Part shown: positions 61,355 to 64,000 of the stretch, in pieces
How positions within the stretch are numbered: position 1 is the first letter of the stretch
How the letters are laid out: every line of letters begins with the position of its first letter
Source: the human T2T-CHM13v2.0 reference genome, Homo sapiens
Direction: 5' to 3' (one strand)
Assembly (NCBI RefSeq): GCF_009914755.1
Contig: NC_060931.1
Length of the DNA stretch: 64,000 nt
Translations under genes and position numbers: made by a program
Notes under the pieces: model-generated
Database searches by the model: none
The model's input: the letters and a program-made list of their open reading frames with translations, nothing else
Told to the model about the DNA's origin: nothing

Positions 61355-64000
<2,646 letters not shown>

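Overview
Human (or great-ape) genomic DNA that matches the chr7q34 ADCK2-NDUFB2-BRAF locus, recognised from the translated exons. From left to right: (1) an L1 ORF2 fragment fused to the 3' half of an ERV3/HERV-R-like provirus (integrase C-terminus, decayed env, PPT, 3' LTR; 1-3696); (2) a solo LTR8 at the edge of a CpG island; (3) the complete 8-exon ADCK2 gene (+, 626 aa, UbiB-family kinase); (4) the complete 4-exon NDUFB2 gene (+, 105 aa, complex I subunit); (5) a minus-strand L1PA3/4-type element; (6) the alternative terminal exon and ~7 kb 3'UTR of BRAF (-, C-terminus GEFAAFK). Dozens of Alus plus MIR, L2, MLT, MER20 and Tigger fragments fill the introns. There is no prokaryotic system or CRISPR array. 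The most unusual signals concern retroelements. The L1 looks like one integrant made from an RNA that was both spliced in its 5'UTR (exact 97-nt first exon, SpIRE97/622 junction) and read through its own polyA, carrying ~1.16 kb of foreign AT-rich DNA (3' transduction bounded by a 13-bp TSD at 41592 and 48408). The ERV3-like env shows dense G-to-A changes suggestive of APOBEC3 editing. A ~30-bp micro-L1 with a perfect 16-bp TSD is nested in the first L1. In addition, all seven ADCK2 introns are phase 0, which makes an in-frame ADCK2-NDUFB2 read-through product possible. Family names and comparisons to reference proteins are from memory and were not run as searches. Repeat boundaries are approximate.
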